A stretch of DNA of 64,000 nt from Minutocellus sp. GHC0000111 (GCA_977018835.1 OZ361260.1:1922001-1986000), one strand, 5' to 3'; positions 1-13,851 are shown, numbered from the stretch's first letter. Program-made: numbers and translations. Notes: generated by a model not told the origin, from the letters alone.

Positions 1-1482
1 AGCAATCTTCTGCAGTGCTTTATCCACTTCGTTCGGAGTTATATTCGGGTCCTTTTTTGCATTATTAATTGAAACCACCCTCTCTGCCCACTCTTTGGGA
101 CATGCCATTCCACCTCGAGCCATCCCTTTACGATAACCTCTGACTGTTTTAATCGTCCTCTCGAATCCTTCGTCGGACAAGTCATACTTTTCGTCTAGCT
201 CATAGACTCGGCGTAGCCACGAGACTAATTCATCACCACTATACTCATTTGTCGTCACCACCTTGCATCTAACGTCCGAGTAGTCTCATTTGCACCGCGA
301 CCACATTTTTCATTGCCTTCATAAATCCCTCCTTAGGGAAATAATCATCATCTTCAAATTTCGCTAGCCTCGATCCAACTTCATGGATAATGTATTTCAG
401 CAACATAGGCAACTCATTATCGCTCTTCTTCTTACTTGTTTCCTCCATTATTGCCTCATATGCCATGTGCGGCCCTACAACATCGCCAGGGGTGTCCCTG
501 ACGTACAATTTACCTCCTTCTTTGACCTTCGTTTTAATCTTTGCTTGGGAATAAATTAAAAGCAAGGCCTCTTTCCACGCATGTGTTTCTGGTGTCCCTT
601 GCTTCGCTGTAACACATTGATTCTGCGCTTCTTCCTTCGTGAAGCCACATGCTTCATAGATAACTTGCAAGCATATTTTTATTTCATTTGGTACGCGACT
701 CAGGGCTACCTTCCGTGGCTTTGACGATTTCGTACGAGCCTGTGTTGCATTCAGTTCAAAAGCACGGAAAAGTGTTAGTGAGTTTAGACGGTAGGAAACC
801 ACATGTGTACTTATTAGAGTCTTTGCATATATATATTTTTGTTGAATATTCAACATTGATAAATGACATCCATTCTCTTTTTCGTGCATTTACTTCTGTT
901 GAATATTCCACAAAAATAATTGTAATGTTCGCTCGTCGTCTGCTTGGAGGATCTTTTTGCGTACAATACAGACACCGATAAACCGGATCACACATAGGGA
1001 TACTTCATATATTCAACGGTTGGATATCTTTCGACGTGTTTCGACTCTCTGTCCCCGGAGAGAGCGAACCCGCTTCCGCTCTCACAGCCCTTCCCACCCT
1101 CCATCCTCCGTCTCGCACTGCTCTCATTGTCGCCTGTTGCGTTGTATTGGTTTCGTTTTCTCACCATGGTTGATATTATGCGGCGTCTCTCTTTGTGATT
1201 CCACGATTTCTTCTCTTCGGTCTTTCGACGAGCTTCCTTTTCTGATGAATGGCTGAGAAATGAAGTGTATTTTGCTACGTCGTCAGTTCTTCGTCCGTTT
1301 TGCACTTTCGAGTGAGAGTTTGACGCAATCTCTTTGGTGCGGTTTCTTTTTGACCCTCGCGTCTCATCTTTGCTATCAACTTCTCTCTCAAAAAACTGAC
1401 GTAATTTCCGAGGCATATATTTTCCCAAACTGACGCAAGTTTTGTTGATTGCTTTGGTGTCAAGGACCATGTCTTTCTTCAC
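1..1482 (-). pseudogene. 5' part of the left-arm multi-exon accessory gene of the Helitron-like element (copy A), unknown function
   Basis: Same sequence as 38882-40363. ORF segments 988-1482, 269-739 and 1-261, with a frame break near 265. Confidence 0.5.
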
Positions 1483-1542
1483 GCCGTATCTTCTCCAAGC
1501 CGCTCTCTTCGGTTCATTTATTCATTTTTTTCTCTCTTTGCA

Positions 1543-3255
1543 ATGGCTCTTCGTAGTGGAAAGAAGAGAGTTCCTTCGCCGGATCCTGTCCCCTCCCCTC
1601 AGTCGACGCCAACGAAGAAGGCGGCGATGGAGTCGACTCCTCCATCCGAAGAGTCTCCCACTTCAGTTGCCGCTTCCGCCGTTGGGGCCGTATCCATCGG
1701 CGACAAGAATGATCTTGCCAGTCCTCACGTGTCATCTTCTTCCGGTGTGCAGGCTGCGGGATCTGATTCTTCCAAGTCCCCTGATCCATCGCAGATCGCT
1801 TTCCTCGAGATGCTCAAAGCCAACAACCCCGAGGCCACCAAATACATCAGCCAACTCATTTCCCAGCTCGACGACAATTTCTCAATCTACGGTGGCACCG
1901 GCAAGGTGTGCTTTTCGGTCTATGGTCAGTATGTGTTCATGGATGTCAATCCTCTTCTCGTGATTCAGGTCGCTATGACCTGGCTCGATCACGAGAAGAA
2001 CAACTCTACTGAATCCGAGTGGGATCCTGATCGTATTCTTCTTCATACTTGCGATACAAGAGACGATATATTCAAGCACGAGGATGTCGTCGGCCGCGAT
2101 GTTCGTATCCTGCCATACGATGAACGTAACTTGCCCCTCGTTGCGTATCCTGCTGTTACCAAGATGCCTGCGCAGGGATCGAGTATTGTTCAGTACGATA
2201 CTACTATTGCTGCTGCCACTTCTAGTCCCAATTTCGCTGCTGGATCCGTCGCCGCTCTTCGTCATCAGATGTTGGATGACAATCTGTCCAGCCCTTCAGC
2301 TTCTTCAAAGTAAGCCTGTACACCATCATTGTTAATGTCCTTTGTGTGAAAACTATTTTTGTTGAATATCCAACATTCCTAAATGACTAATCCTTAAAAA
2401 TTTACCCTCTCTTTTCTATGGCTCGAAAGTATTGGTCGCAATGCCAAACCCACTAAACTTAGCTTCAGCGAGTCGCCTGCTGCTTCCACTGCCACTCCTG
2501 TTGTTGAAATCCAAGCTTCCGTTGAAAGTACCAAGCCATTTTCATTTAGTCCTGAGCTCCTCCAAACAGCCTCTGAGGAAGCTGCTGTCCCCGGCGATCC
2601 GACTATGCTTGCTACCATTACGAAAGCCATGAAGAATGGTACCGTCATCCTTGGAGTAATCAATATTTTTGATTCCAAGAATCCTCGTTCGAACAAACAG
2701 TTTTGGGGTGCGAAAGCCAACGTTATCATTCCCCTCGCTAAGATGTATGCAAAACATTGCCCTGGGTTTTCCTCCCTTCAGCCATTCGTGGAATGTATGA
2801 TTCCTGTTACTGTTCTACGTAACTCTTTCGACCGGAACCAGGACAGTCGTTTGTCTCGGCAGGGAACTTCAGCGACGTACTATGATTATGCAATCGCATT
2901 CGCCATTAATTCATCAGGCAAAGTGACCGGAGTATCGACTATGTTGACTACCTTTCTAGGAAAGTTGCTGAGCATGATGAAGCGTTCCGATTTTCGTTCT
3001 TCGTATCAGAGTATTTGCGACCGCAACCAGTCTTTGTCGGGTTTTGCGAATACCATTCGAGACAAGAATGACTTTTGGCTGACTTGGTCGCATCTCTCGT
3101 GCGCAACTGAACACGTCCACCTTAACAAGTTCCTACCTGATGATGAAATCATTAAGCTGGGATCCTCCGTTCTCGGTATCGATGAACCCAAGGCCTGGCC
3201 CCCTGAGTTCCAGGCTGAATGCTGGAAGGACGGTCTACCCAGTGAGTATATCTAA
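1543..3255 (+). CDS. Helitron accessory protein B (~530 aa, two exons 1543-2309 and 2430-3255), unknown function
   Basis: Phase-2 intron 2310-2429 (AA|GTAAGC ... CGAAAG|T) joins ORFs 1543-2313 and 2605-3255 in frame. Ser/Pro-rich N-terminus, no domain recognised. Confidence 0.7.
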
Positions 3256-3456
3256 ATCACAATCCTTGAATCTAATACTACGCTATACCAATATTGTTTG
3301 CCTTGTTTCCATGAAATTATCAAACCACGCTCTCAAAAATAAAAATATAAAAATATGCAAATCGAGCGAAAGTCAACTAATCATTTCCTCATGTCCAAGA
3401 GAATAAGAAGAAGAAGAATTTAAAGACTGAGGATCTGACATAGTTAAGACTCTTTA

Positions 3457-3600
3457 TAACAGCATTGTAACTTACATCACCACCTCTTATGTATATTTCA
3501 TTTTAGGGTTCGACTGCCTCGACTATCTCTTTCTAACAGCATTACCACCTCTTATGTATATTTCATTTCCTACTAGTAGACTGCCTTGACTATCTTCCCA
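3457..3600. repeat. Imperfect tandem duplication (~65-75 bp unit) just upstream of the RepHel start; also at 42338-42481
   Basis: TAACAGCATT...ACCACCTCTTATGTATATTTCATTT...GACTGCCTYGACTATCT occurs twice in tandem. Confidence 0.8.
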
Positions 3601-3617
3601 GTAACGGAAAAGAATCA

Positions 3618-6600
3618 ATGGAATGGCTCATTAATGTCAAATTACCAATTTTTCTCGGTGATGAGGACGAATTCCCTCATACCGACATGTTAGTGGCTCC
3701 TAACTGGTGTCCCGGTTGGATTCTCGATCAGATGATTAAGGAACAAGCATGTGAAATTTTTGATTGCCTTGACGAAGCTCTCATGTGCATTTTCGAGAAG
3801 CGAATCTTTGCAGCCTCAGCCCGTCCTATCGAAGACCTGGGGGTTTTCAACTGTTGCACTGTGTCAGTCGAAGCAAGAAATGAATGGAACATATACATAC
3901 TGCTTCCTCGCGGTTTCGTATTTGAACACCCTTTGTCTGCAGATCCTCTAACATCATCGAACGATCTCAACAATCGAATCCTGTACCTGGCGTCTTGGAT
4001 CATGGGAATCAGTCCTGATTCTCTTTACGTTCTCTACAACGGAACTCCATTAGCACGAGCAACGTCAGTTCCTCTGTATGCTTTAGCTCTACACAACAAT
4101 TCCTATGTCACTGTTTTCCAACGTGTGCGCGGAGGCATCTGCGTTGCTCAGAATTCCTCTGGCAGAAAGAGATCGGTAAGTCAAACAGTATCTTACATCG
4201 TCTAAATCTAACATTTATCTCTGTTGAATATTCAACAAAAGTTAATTTCAATAAGTTTAGTAATGTCTCACATGAAACAATAATTACGCTTTCTACTGTG
4301 TCTTTCCAGACTTTTTCAGATAAATCAAGAAGACCGGCACGGGATTCTCGTCACAATGACAAGAAGCGTGCCGAACGGGAATCACTTCCAAGATCTGAAA
4401 CAAAGCCACCATACTGGAATCGGTTACCATCATACAGTCCTGATCTTGTCCAGACAATCTGGGAAGACTCCATCGACTTCGACTTGACCATGGACGACCC
4501 CTTTAATTCCGTCAGTCAAGAAGATTACGTGTTCAGGATTAAGAAAGCCGAGACCTTGATAAAGGCAGCTAAGAAGGCAGGTCTTGGTATTGGCTTCAAT
4601 AGAGAGTCATTCAGGAAAGCTCCGCATTACGAACAAAAGATCCTCGAATCCATTTTCCGCTTTGAATACAGGATGGCAAACGTAGACCACTCCGTCTGTT
4701 CTTCATGCCACGAAAGTAGCATCGATATGAAGACTACCATTAAGGAATCTATATGCAGCAAATGCCAAGACAAGACGAGGAAGACTGCTTACAATTCCCA
4801 AAATGCCATGCTACCAACATGGACTGATGAAAATGGTAATACGCAATACAACATACCAGAAGAGCTCGAAGGTCTATCTATCGCCGAAATTCTTTTAATT
4901 CAGAGAGTTTCACCCCTCGTCCCTCTAGTTCATATTAAAAACGGAACGTTAGGTATAAAAAGTCACGTTTGTTCATTTCTTCAAGACGTTAACGAAGTTG
5001 CCACTCGTCTGCCGAGGCTGCCTACTGAAGTGAAAGCAGTGAAAATGATTCGATCCTACAATGGTAGCAGCGAGGTCAACAACGTGAAAGTTTTCATCGT
5101 GAACCGCCATCGAGTAATGAGAGCACTTTGCTGGCTTGTCAGATTCCACCGTGACTACAAGAGAGCGTATGAATGTGGAGAATTGACCATCGATCCATCT
5201 AGTCTCGATTGGATGGATGGAAATGACGAAACTACCCTTCCGTCTATTGTATTAACTAGAAAATGCGAAACTCAATCCGAACTAGACATCGATGAGAACA
5301 GTGGAGTATCAAGAAAGCAATGCATTGAACCAGATGAAAGTAACGACGAATTCGAATCATCAGGAATATCCTGCCCCGAAAACGCTGCTTTGTCATCCGA
5401 AGCCAACGACAAAATCATCAGGTCGCTAAAGGAAGCAGCAAAAGAAGGAAAATCAAAGATTCCGGCACTGGATTGGCCCCAGCAGTCATCAGAGGCAATA
5501 TCTGAATTCGACGGATCAATTCGAATATTCGTGAATGCATTTCCACATCTATTTCCAGGAGGAATAGGTTATGCTTCCGAAGACAGTAGAAAAGTTGCTA
5601 TATCAATCGGGAAGTGGGCAAAACACATGCTTTTGTATACTGATGGAAGATTTGCCAGAGATCCCGTCTGGAGCTTCTTCGCTTATAATTACTGCCTCCG
5701 ACAAAGGAACAAGGAGTCTGGATCAATTTTTGTAAATCGTGTTATATCTAGACCACCACTGTCGCTTGAAGAGTTACAGACTTCCTTAAGAAATGGTGAT
5801 ACTTCATTCGTGAATAAAATGGCTTTCTACATCAAGCGAATCCGAGGATCCGATGCATACTGGCGACAAAAAAGAGCCGAGCTTTACAATTGGATACATT
5901 ATCACATCGGGGAAGGACATGGGGCACCTAATGGTTTCTTTACGCTTTCATGTGCAGAATACTTTTGGCCAGACATGGTAAGACTACTCGAAGACAGAAT
6001 ATGGATAGCCGAAGGACGACATCGAAACGGTCCTGGTGCTAAAACCGAACGACACGGAAAAGAAATCGACTTAACGAATGACAGAAAAGCGAGAAACAAG
6101 GCAGTTAATGACTACGCGATAGTAATCCAGGAATTCTTCATCCACCGGACAGAAGACTGTCTCAACACAGTTGGAATAGAGCACTACTGGCTACGCTTTG
6201 AATTTGCTAAGGGAAGAGGGCAAATCCACGCACATATTCTGGTCATACTAAAGAAATTTCTACAGAATGAAACCCAACAACAAGTCGACGCTGCGAAAGG
6301 AAATAGAGAAAAAGAAGCAAAAGCAGTGGCGAAATGGGCCGAAAAACATTTCGGAATGACAGCACAGTACAATAAAGAACAGGCAGAGAATGAGACAAAG
6401 TAAGTACGCAGTGTCCAAATTTTTCTCATTTACGTTTGTTGAACATTCGACATTAATAAATACCAATCCATCGAACTCCTACAATTTTACCAGGCAAGCA
6501 TCGACGATCAGACTTGCAGATGTTACGGACTACAGAAAGGATGAGGCTAAACTATGCGAAGAATGCATGATGCACACATGCAGTGGATATTGCATGAGAC

Positions 6601-9600
6601 ATCCAAAAGGAAAGAAGAAGAAGAAAAGATGCTGCCGTGCTGGGGCCGGAGAAGAAAAAACAAAGAATAGAAACGACACTCCTGGTTTCCCAATGCGGGA
6701 TGCTCCAGCTATTACTCACGACCACAGGGGATTTCTGAAACTCGAGATGCCACGGAATCATCCGCGTTTGGTCCAAGCTCCGCTAACAATTTTGAGAGGT
6801 TGGAGAGGTAATTGCGACTTTAAAATCCTGTTGTACAAATCCACGAATGGAAAACCACATCCCGAAGAAATATCAACAGTGACCGACTATGACGTCGCTT
6901 ACCAATGCAAAGGAAATGAGAGAATCCAAGCTGAAATACAACTTCTCCGCGATTTTGCCTTAAAGTGAGTATGAATTAGTATTTGTATATTTTATGCTTC
7001 AATCTCAAACTAACAACGAGACTGCATGTTTTTATTATTATTTGAGAAAAGCGCTGAAACGATGACTGGGACAACAGCAGACGTCATCAGAGTGTCTCGA
7101 CAAATGCTCAACCGATCAATTGCAAGCAGAACAATTCCAAAGCAAGAGTGTATGGTCGAACTAGCGGAACTCCCGCTAGTCTTAAGTTCCGACACAACCG
7201 AAACAATAAACCTGTCAGGGAGTTACAAGATTAAATCGGATACTCACAGAGACTTAGTGTCCCAATATCGAAAAATCGCAAAGAGCAATCCGACAATGTC
7301 ACTACACGATTACGTTCGTAAGGCAATCAACGAGAAAAAGAGATCAGTGAAAAACGGAAAAATGAAATACAAAAACGTAATCCCGCATTACGTTGGGGCA
7401 AACGGTCAGCCGAAATACCCACCAACAAAAGAATACGCGATGGCAATTCTCATAGTACACAAACCATGGGAAGACAGCAAGCCAAAAAGAAGGAACGGAG
7501 CACAAGATTGGATCGACGAATTCAAAGAATTTGTCACATCAGAAGCGTGTCCAGAATTCGTGAAAATGGAATACGCACGAGTAAAAGAAAGAGCCGAGAG
7601 CAAGAGGCCATCCGAAGCGATATCATCAGAGGAGTGCTACGACTACGAGACACAAGCAGATGTTGACGACTCAACCAAAGATCTTTTAAATATCATCACG
7701 ACTCAAACACTGGCCACAGACCCGTTTTTAAATGTCCACGACCAAAAAATCAATAAAGGCCTACATTACGACTGGTCCGAAAGAATGTCAGTAAGTCATT
7801 TATACCTGATTTATTTTCGTCGAATATTCAACAAACATAAATGACAAAAATACATCCAACAAGGGAAATTTTTTGTTTGACACAACATCCGATATTTTTT
7901 TTATTCTATCACGCATTTTTTTTAAAAAAAAGACTAGGGATCCTTCATACCTAGGAGAGTCGTGGCTCGATGAATTAACACAGGGCTACCAAGCAGACCT
8001 CTCTGCCAAGCAGAGGGTAAGGCCTTTCACGATGACCCTCGACGGTGAAGTGACAAACATCACCATAGACCACGTGAAAGATGACCAACTCGACGTGATT
8101 TTATTGGTAGTGGAAAACATAAAGAAATGGATAGAAAGCGCAAAGGGAATCAACAAAAAGGATGCTAAAGAGTACAAGCCCCTTAGAATGACCGTAAGGG
8201 GAGCAGCAGGATCAGGTAAGAGTTTCTTCATTAAGGCCCTGGCAAATACGGTCAGAGAGATGTTTGGCGATCAAAACGCAGTTCACATATCTGCGCCGAC
8301 AGGAGCAGCAGCTCACAACGTCGGCGGCGAAACGATACACAGGAAATTCCAAGTAAATCCACACAGGCCAGAAAATGATATTGGTAAGGAGGCGAAAGCT
8401 CGATTAAAGGAAACGAAAAGAAGAACAGTGGTCGAGATAATCGACGAGAGAAGCATGCTGACATGTAAAGTCGTGGGAGCAGCAGAAAGGCACACACTGC
8501 AGAAGCAGCTCATGGAGGTTCCCACGCTAATGAAGACTGGGGTGGCATACCAGTGGTTGTATTTGTAGGCGACGACTACCAACTACCACCGCCAACAAAT
8601 GTAGAGAAAGGAGCTTTCGATCTGATGGACAGCAAGACATCATTTTCACAACAAAAGCTAGGCGACGCATCATTTGGATCACAACTCCTAATGAACATGT
8701 CAGAAAAATGCGTAGAGCTTAGGTCAGTCAGTAAAACGTCAAAATGGAACACAGTCGAAGTTCAAGGAAGTGCTACAGAATCTAAGAACAGGAGACCCCA
8801 CACACGACGATGCATCCTTTTTAATGAAGTTACATCTGGCAAACCTAACTCAAGCGGAGACAGAGGAAATGGAAAAGGACAAAGTAGTAATGCACATGTT
8901 CGCCACAAAAGCGCCACGAGACGAGTACAACGTGAGGAAACTAAGTGAAAACGCATCCGACAGAAACCCCGCGGCACTAGTTAAAGCTTCATGGAAAACA
9001 AGCAGACGAGCAAACCTACAGTCCATCGCCCAGCACTTTGACAACCCACCAGATGCAGCAACTTTAATGTGCAGAGGGTCTGTGGTCAGAATCACAGGGA
9101 AAAATTTCGAGCCAGACTTTGGACTGTTCAACAACGCCATCGGAACTGTAGAAGAAATAGTGTTCAAACCAGGGAAAGACCCGAACAATGGGGACCAACC
9201 GAGTTATGTAGCTGTGAGGTTTGAAGGATACAGCGGGCCAGCATGGGGGACGAGTCGGAACCAAAAAAAGTCCCAATTCCAATGATGGTGACAAGAAGAT
9301 GCAACAAAGGATGCTGCGAAGTGACATGCTGCCCACTAAGCCTCTCATACGGAGTGACAGCCCACACATTCCAGGGGCAATCAGCAGGACCAGTGGATGA
9401 AGGCCAACCAAAAAATGCAGTAGATTGTGTAGTGTTCTATCCAGGAAACAACAAATTCGAAGGAAACAACCCCGGCTTGTTGTACATGGGAACATCAAGA
9501 GCTACGACACATCAGGAACAGGAAGACTAGACTCAGCACTATAATATTTTTCAGGACAAGACATGAATACATACAGAGTCATAGGACTTAAATACCAACG

Positions 9601-9813
9601 AGACGGAAAAACACCATGCAAGAAAGAAGTGCAACTGAGACAAAAATGGATAGAAAGACTAGACAAAAACAAACACCATTAGAGACCAAGTTGGGACAAC
9701 AAAGAAAAAGAAGAACTAATCACATGGGCAAAGACGTTCCGAATGAGCACCAACAACCTAGAAGACATTTTAAGCATGAAAGAATGGAGAGCATGCAAAG
9801 CATAAAGCGATGA
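3618..9813 (+). pseudogene. RepHel polyprotein (ubiquitin-like / Cys motif / DUF6570-like / HUH Rep / PIF1 helicase), copy A, helicase frameshifted
   Basis: Frame-consistent GT-AG introns 4176-4309, 6400-6493, 6965-7051, 7791-7932. Rep motifs FFTLSCAEYFWPD, FEFAKGRGQIHAHIL, WRGNCDFK, DYDVAYQCK. Helicase motifs GAAGSGKS, APTGAAA, IIDERSM, GDDYQLPP, TAHTFQG, LYMGTSRA. Frameshifts near 8494, 8727, 9247, 9510. 3' end approximate. Confidence 0.9.
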
Positions 9814-10206
9814 CTCCCGTGTTTACTAATGCTGAATATTCAACAAAACTGTGTCAGACTATGACGTCATACAGAAATCAAATTCAGGGGAACATCCGGG
9901 GAAAAAGTAAGCCGGCACGAGCCTCCAGTTCATTCAACAATAGTGAGCTACAAAAATAAGCGTCGTATATTTAACATCTTAAAATCGTATAAGTATGCAA
10001 CTATAATTGCAGCAGGGAAGACGTAATTGCTAAAATGGCCCAAGGTCCCCCCAACACAACCAACGAACGACAAAACAGAGGGCACCCGGGCCCACTACGT
10101 ACCTAGGCCTAGGTACCTAGGTACATGTAGTAGGCGCCTATCACCAACCATACTACATGTAGCCTACTGAAGGTAGGCCCACACCTTGACTGGTCCAAAC
10201 GCCACG

Positions 10207-10491
10207 ATGGCTGCGCCCGAGAGATGTAGCAGATTTTGCCGGCCAGTAGTTCGTGTGCCTCTCTGGGTCAGCATGCTGTGGGCGTTTCTATTTGTCAACA
10301 CAGTGTGTCGTGTATCATGCCTCCAACAGCCGTCATCATCCAGATCTCCTCGTTGCGGCAACGGTCCTACTTCATGCACGGGCATCCGCAGCGGTGTGCC
10401 GTGCATGTCACATGCGACCACTGTACGGGCGTGTCGCGGAACGTTTGAGCGCTCGTGGCGTCGTCAACCACAGATTTTGCCTGCCCAGCGA
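10207..10491 (+). pseudogene. Duplicated 5' fragment of the FtsH-like gene
   Basis: Matches 49088-49372; identity stops abruptly after ...CCCAGCGA. Confidence 0.85.
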
Positions 10492-12640
10492 GTACTTGGG
10501 CCTGTAGTTGGAACTGCAGATGGGATGGTGGACGGCAAAACTGACGGAGTACTACTGGGACTAGCCGATGGCAATGAACTTGGCCTCTGTGATATCGATG
10601 GTGCGTGAGACACCGTCGGGGCTAAAGAAGGTTGAGGACTACATGTGTGCATTGACGCGAGGAAGTTCGTCTAGGTGAGCTTTTACGTTCTACAAAAGAA
10701 AATAATATAATCATGCTTGCATTTCACACATACACATACAGCACTCTCGGATTGCCTTACCTAACGGTTGGAGCGGCACTGATAGAAGGAGCAGCAGATG
10801 GCCTCGAACTTGGTTGGCCACTTGGCATCGATGATGGTCCACTCGAGGGATTGTCACTTGGTTGGCTGGATGGAGATGCACTCGGCTCCCCAGATGGCAT
10901 GGTGGTAGGCCCAGTCGATGGCACCGACGTCGGCGAACCGCTGGGAACACCACTTGGTATCAAAGTTGGAGCACTCGAAGGTTCAAGGCTTGGAAATGAT
11001 GAAGGTACGGCACTGGGCGAGGAGGAATGTGTGAGAGTCGGCATTGAGCTTGGGCTACTACTTGGCATTCCAGATGGCCTGGGCGATGTTGTTGGAGCTG
11101 CGGATACGGTCGGTGATGCTGAGGGTTTGGTACTAATTGTCGGCATTGCGCTCAGAGATGGGTTCGCACTGGGCTTGTTGCTGGGTTGTGAGCTTGGCAC
11201 TGCGCTTGGCTTGGCCGTCGGCGCTGATGATTGCGTAGGGGCTGCCGATATTGATGGAGCAGAGCTTGGTTCTGAGCTGATACTTGGCATTCCAGATATG
11301 CTCGGCATTGCAGATGGCCAGGACGAGGGGGCTGTAGATGGCATTCCCGAAGGCGATGGCGATTTTAGAATCGATGGACCGCTGCTTGGCGAAGCAGTTG
11401 GCACTGAATTTGGCATATCCGTCTGAGGCGCCCCATCGCTTATCATTCTGGTGCATTGAATTCCACCAGTATCTTCCGGCGGCACCATGCCTTCAAGGCT
11501 TTGATCACAGACACAGCTATCAATGAGTTGCCTCGAAGAAGTTGCGGATGCACGCAGAGAACGGGCTCTGCCGTCACCAGAGTTTTTCGGAGCAGATTGA
11601 AGCATACGGATTCCGCCCTCGGATGAATTTGTGTCATTCGTCACAGCTAGCGACGGAAAGTATGTCGCCACAAGCTCGTCGCCGACCCCATAGATTTCAA
11701 TTGTGCACGTTGTTGTTCCCCAAGTTGTTCCATCGATCGTGCACAAATCACTGCTTTGCTCTTGCCCTGCAAGTTTCCGTCTTATTCTTCCTCCTCCTCC
11801 ATCCTCTTGCGGACAGTTCGACGCAACAGAAACGGAACTGATTTGAATGTTGATGTTCTGAAAGTACGCAGCGCACTTTGTGGCGATTAGAACGTTTGAG
11901 AATCGATCAATCACCGCCTTCTTTACTTGACCCGCAACATCGCCTGAATCGCCACAAAGTTGGACAATATCCAGCTGCGCTGTGATCTGAAAGGAGGTTT
12001 GCGAAGTCGTGGCATTGACAGGTCGCAAAGTGGGACGGACCCAGGGCTGTGCCGAGCAGGACGCATAGTTGCCCCTCCCGACAGGAAGCTGCGGCAAGCT
12101 CCTAAAGAAACCAATTTGCTTTGTGGGAGGACTGCAGGAGGCCTTTGTCCAGCGATTGGCGAATCGTTCGCATTTTCTCAGAAAGAAGCGCTGTCGCTTC
12201 GCCATGCAAAAGTCAAATTGTCGCTTGCATCGGCTGGTGCTCTGGCATTTGAAGTTGGCTGCTCGTTTGCGAATGTATCTACGACATTGGCCGCAGGATC
12301 GATTGATGAGGCGATAGCATCTCTTGGCACCGTATTTCGGCTTCTGTGGACCTCTGTAGAAAATGTTGCTTCGCAGGAGACGGTTCTGTTCCGTCTGTTC
12401 TTTTTCGTTTTCGTCTGCTACTTTCTCGTCGTGAGCAAGCGGTGCTATTGTATGAGCCTCTGCAATTTCTCCAAAGCCAACGCCAGCAGTATCAGCACCT
12501 TTGTTTTCTCTTCGACGTGGGAGTGGGTCTATTTTTCCACCAAGGTTCGCTGCTCCTGCTGCAGTAACCTCACTAACAAGGAGGAAGGATGAGGTTGTTA
12601 GCAGAAGAAGCGCCAGAGATGATAGTCGACATGATGACAT
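10492..12640 (-). CDS. Secreted mucin-like PS/PT-repeat protein, 3'-truncated by the duplication junction
   Basis: Signal peptide MSSCRLSSLALLLLTTSSFLLV, Cys-rich segments, long PSxxPSxxP tract. Probable intron 10639-10760; exon 2 (PS repeats) is cut at 10492. Confidence 0.75.
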
Positions 12641-12990
12641 GATGGTGGTTGAGTACTGATCATCAAAAGGTCTTGGTGAGGGGTGGCTATTCTTCGATTG
12701 TAGTGGACATCCAGCGATGAGGGCCTCGACTATCCCAAGATAAGAGGAAAGTAGACTGCGGCGAACGGCAATAGCACATCGAAACGCTTCGAACGACTGC
12801 ATGCACTTCGACAAAAACGTGTGGTGGCACCAAAGCGCTTTTGTCTCCGAGCATTTTAGTTTGATGCTTCTTTCTGACGAAATAATGGCGACGTATGGCC
12901 GTCCTCCGTCTCCCGCAATCGAACTCATTTTGCAGAGCCGGCCCATCGCTATCGGCAGCCCACGGTGCCGGCCCACGTGCCACGTCCACC

Positions 12991-13851
12991 ATGCTGTTCA
13001 TCACTCCTAATGCGGCTTCCATCACCGCTCTCCTCTGCTCGGTCATAGTTTCAGCAGGTCTTTCCTTGGCATTTTCTACGCCACGGCTCCCCTCGAAATC
13101 ACCAATATTACAACTAGCACGAAACATAGCGCCATCAAGACCAACATCACCACGAAACATAGCGCCGTCGAGACCAACATCATCGCTCCTCTCCAAGTGG
13201 GATAATCTCGTGGATGAAGATGACGATGATGACGGTGGTCTGGACTTTGGAGAAGAGCTGCCGGGACCACGAGATATGCGCTACATCGAGTTCAACATCG
13301 GGCGGCAGAATCGCAACTTCGTCGACATTCGAACCGCAGGTGGTCCTGAGATGACGTTGGACGTGTACTCTCGCAAGCCTGGAGACGACGTTTTTTGGTT
13401 CACCGGCAAAGTGGCGCGTGTATCGGACGTCACGCCCGAACAGGCCGTGGCGCGGCAATGGTCGCTGATTGAAACCCACGCCGCGAGGCTCCGCCTGATT
13501 GAGCTATACGCAAGCCGCGGAAAGCTGGAATTGTGGACAGCGCCGGGGGATTCGGAGATGGACGTTGCCTACAACCGACCGACCGTTCAGTTTTTACAGA
13601 TGAAGCGGCCTGAGGAAGGTGTGGAGGGACTAGATGCAATCAAGCCAGGCTTTGTTGGATTCCAGGGAGAAATATATGAGGGTGGGGAGGAGGGATTCCG
13701 AACTTGGCGCAATGATGATGGCACACCCGCTAAGCCAGAGATTACAGATACGCCAGAGAAGGGAGAGAAGCGCGCCCCCACGGACGCAGAGATGGAGGAT
13801 ATACAAGAATTGCTAAAAGGGAAAGATCTCAATGAATTCTTTGAAAATTAG
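12991..13851 (+). CDS. Hypothetical protein, probably plastid-targeted
   Basis: Intact ORF. Hydrophobic signal, SLAF motif and Ser/Arg/Pro-rich transit-like segment containing a 33-bp duplication (RNIAPSRPTS twice). Confidence 0.7.
   Translation: MLFITPNAASITALLCSVIVSAGLSLAFSTPRLPSKSPILQLARNIAPSRPTSPRNIAPSRPTSSLLSKWDNLVDEDDDDDGGLDFGEELPGPRDMRYIEFNIGRQNRNFVDIRTAGGPEMTLDVYSRKPGDDVFWFTGKVARVSDVTPEQAVARQWSLIETHAARLRLIELYASRGKLELWTAPGDSEMDVAYNRPTVQFLQMKRPEEGVEGLDAIKPGFVGFQGEIYEGGEEGFRTWRNDDGTPAKPEITDTPEKGEKRAPTDAEMEDIQELLKGKDLNEFFEN

Larger units (their letters stand above)
1..10093 (+). mobile_element. Helitron2/HLE2-like element, copy A (left part lies outside the window)
   Basis: Near-identical to 38882-48974 (offset 38,881). 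Contains the HUH-Rep/PIF1 gene. Right end AGGGCACCCGGGCC at 10079-10092 is followed by host-type TACCTAGG low-complexity DNA. Confidence 0.85.

Noticed and set aside
10085..10125. Canonical Helitron1 3' end (hairpin plus CTAG followed by T)
   Set aside because: The CTAGs are followed by G and belong to host-type palindromic low-complexity DNA; Rep motifs look HLE2-type.
10713..11426. 237-aa Gly-rich plus-strand ORF
   Set aside because: Antisense shadow of the PS-repeat gene.
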